A DNA stretch of 64,000 bases from contig NW_003314272.1 in NCBI RefSeq assembly GCF_000143415.4, positions 55,144-119,143 of the forward strand, in the 5' to 3' direction. Each line of letters begins with the position of its first letter. Position 1 is the first letter of the stretch. The stretch comes from Selaginella moellendorffii. Its lineage: Eukaryota; Plantae; Lycopodiophyta. A program made the translations under genes and the position numbers. The notes beneath the pieces are model-generated. The model saw only the letters and a program-made list of their open reading frames with translations. It searched no databases and had not been told where the DNA came from. Positions 61,662-64,000 of the stretch are shown here, one piece after another.

Positions 61662-63351
61662 CTATGTTTCGTGATCATCGTTATTGTCAATACCGCCTGG
61701 CACTATTCTATACCAGATGCGCAGAAATACCGCGAGCATGCCTTCAATCGCGTCACAGATCGTATCGGTGATTAACGTGACTATATATGTGATCACCGTG
61801 ACGATGAAATTCCAAAACGAGCCCGGCCAGTAGTATGGATGGAGCAAGCGAAAGAGCAAACTGATGACAAGCCTCGGCTGCCTGCCCACCTGTATACCCT
61901 CCAGCCTATCAGAAACTCGCGTTGCTCGTGCAAAACCTTCAAGCCACTCACCGGGAACAGGCAGTCTAGTGTATCCCAGGCAGCGTGCCTCACGGGTCTT
62001 GTGGGATACATCGGCCCACCGGGTGAAGTAAAACTGAAGAGCGCTGTTTTAAGACGTGTACTTGTTGTCACTCTAAGCTCCTTCCCTATCAGACGCGGCG
62101 ACATTGTCAGGACAAGAAGAAAGCAGCACGGGTCCACACACCTTTGAGTGCCTTTGCGCTCCACAGGTAGTGAAGTAGCACCGGTTCAACCTTCACCTTC
62201 TGCAGCTGAGGAAAAACGAAAACGTAGCATACAGCTCCAGTAAGCATGGAAAGACGAGAATACCTGGTCCGTCAGCTCTATGACAAACACGTCGGCCGCC
62301 GCTCCATTGTACCCAGGCACAAGAGGAAACCTGCTTAAAAAATCATCCAGTCCATCGGCTGCAACTTACACACACGTTTACTAGGTGCATGGAGTGAGAG
62401 CGAAACAGATCCACCTGGCTCGTAGAAGAAGAAAAACCTTGCCAAAAGTAACGCGAGCTCCCTTCGACTCTAAGTGAATGCAGGCAAACTAATATAAGCA
62501 CTGAATTCACGCCAGCCATACTTGCTTACTTGTAGGGGAAACTTATTGAGTTGGTCAGACGACAGAGCTGCCTCCATTGTGTACTGCAAAAGGCAGGAAG
62601 AAGAAGAAGGAAAAAAAAAAAAAACAATAGAGATCTGGCACTTATACAAAGAAATCTGGTTACGTGATAGAGAGAATGAAATCGTGTCACGTTGCCCAAT
62701 AGATCAATCCTGCCATGCAGGGCATGAGAGAGAACGTGAGCAAAACAACGCAAAACGTACCAGAAGATGTTGCTGGCACCCTCGATGAATGCGGTGGTGT
62801 AGCGGAGCAAACCATCCGAGGCATCCGTTGGAATCTCGAATAGCTTGGAGCAGGCGAGTCACAATCGTCAGCAATCTGTCTAGGCGCAAAATTCATACCC
62901 ATTGGTAGAAGACGAGCGCAAAGATTTGCGATGCGAACGACTGGGTCCACAGCTGTACAAACAAGGGAAGGAGGGGCTTGGCATCCTCGGGGATTTGCGC
63001 GTAGTGCTCCGCGAGGACTTCATAAAAGCACTTCCTGCCCACGAACAGGTGCTCAGCATCTTGGCCATACAAGAGTTCTGTCCAATCCAAAAGAATCCAA
63101 GAGCCTGGCTGCGTAAACTAGAAGCGCGAACTCACTACCTTTTGCACGATCGTCCACTTCGAGAGCTACATCAGTGAAGAGCTGCCTGAGACAATCTCCG
63201 CGCTGGGACGGCAAGCTGATCGCCTGGATAGAGAGTGAGGAGCTCCTGCCGACAGTGAGCCCTGAGTTACCTTGTGCAGCTTGCGGAGGAGCTGCTGCGT
63301 GAGAGCCGTCCGGTAGGCCGACTTGGGGAGGGGGCGGTGGCGGTCCGACAT
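61662..63351 (-). CDS. Uncharacterised multi-exon protein, probably conserved in plants
   Basis: Spliceable exons: SAYRTALTQQLLRKL, EHLFVGRKCFYEVLAEHY, LWTQSFASQIFALVFYQW, FTSPGGPMYPTRPVRHAAWDTLD and RLLHPYYWPGS. Confidence 0.7.
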
Positions 63352-63546
63352 GACATCTCTCTCCGCCGTCCTTGCCCTACACACCTATATGTGTTGTGTT
63401 TGAGTGATCCTCGCAAAGTCATTAAAAAGCCATGCATGATATGTACAGAGAGTGAGTATCATCATCTCTAGCCGATCAAAAACCAATATCAGTGTTTGAT
63501 ATTGAGAGGGGGGGACACAATCTTGAGAGCTGGATTGGATCGCTCC

Positions 63547-64000
63547 TCAGTCGTCTTCGGAATCTGTGGAACCCAATGTGTAAACGGACCTGAAAGAGGA
63601 GAGGAGAGAGGTGTTTGATTACCTACCTGATCTTACATCGTCCCCCACGGTGCCGTTGTTCTGGAGCTGCCTCAACACCATCCGGCAGATGAGCACCCAC
63701 CAGTAGACGTGGAGCACCAGCAGCGACATGAGCATGGTGTTGAAGACATAGTAGATCTTGACCGTCTTGACGTTCCGGAAGTCGAGGAACTCCATGCAGT
63801 GGTAGCTGCGAGAGTGCGAGTCAGGAATGGCAACCGCAGGGAGCGTGCGTACCTGGTGCTCCAGATTATCCAAAACGGGAAGTAGATGAGTCTGAGGAGG
63901 AGCCACGAGAGCGCAAACAAGGCAAACGCAATGCTGGCCCCGACATCGCTGCCCGAGTACTTGAGCAGCTTGGCGGACTCGAGCAACACGTCGCTGGCAT
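63547..64000 (-). CDS. LAG1-family ceramide synthase, 3' part only (5' end outside the window)
   Basis: ASDVLLESAKLLKY, WLLLRLIYFPFWIIWST, YYVFNTMLMSLLVLHVYWW and GDDVRSDSEDD. Confidence 0.9.

Overview
Eukaryotic land-plant genomic DNA. The very short GT-AG introns (mostly about 45-80 bp) and tiny intergenic spaces suggest a lycophyte such as Selaginella; this is an inference, not a database result. The window has two sharply different halves. Positions 1 to about 25,100 are AT-rich and contain no intact gene I can recognise. They hold a mosaic of decayed gene fragments, several with introns (plastid PDH E1-alpha, Kelch, AP-5 zeta, alpha-galactosidase, cytosolic PGI twice, SKIP16-like F-box, RPA70, Tpt1), plus a small LTR-like insertion and tandem and inverted repeats. 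This is consistent with transposon-mediated gene-fragment capture. Positions 25,400-64,000 are GC-richer and densely packed with about 18 genes: PP4R4-like HEAT protein, F-box, FLK/PEP-like KH protein, LEA/DUF4149 protein, R2R3-MYB, CesA-like, coiled-coil protein, SERRATE, GID8-like, plant cysteine oxidase, CDC48, BTB-like, RTF1/VIP5, LRR-EDR1 kinase, triple-WHy LEA_2, MenB, an uncharacterised protein and a partial LAG1 ceramide synthase. The most striking observation is an apparently intact cellulose-synthase gene. Its catalytic motifs (DDG, DxD, TED, QxxRW, FxVTxK) are all altered and its N-terminal RING domain is missing, yet the scaffold regions are conserved, making it a candidate CesA pseudoenzyme. 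All family calls come from recalled motif similarity, and exon boundaries are approximate.
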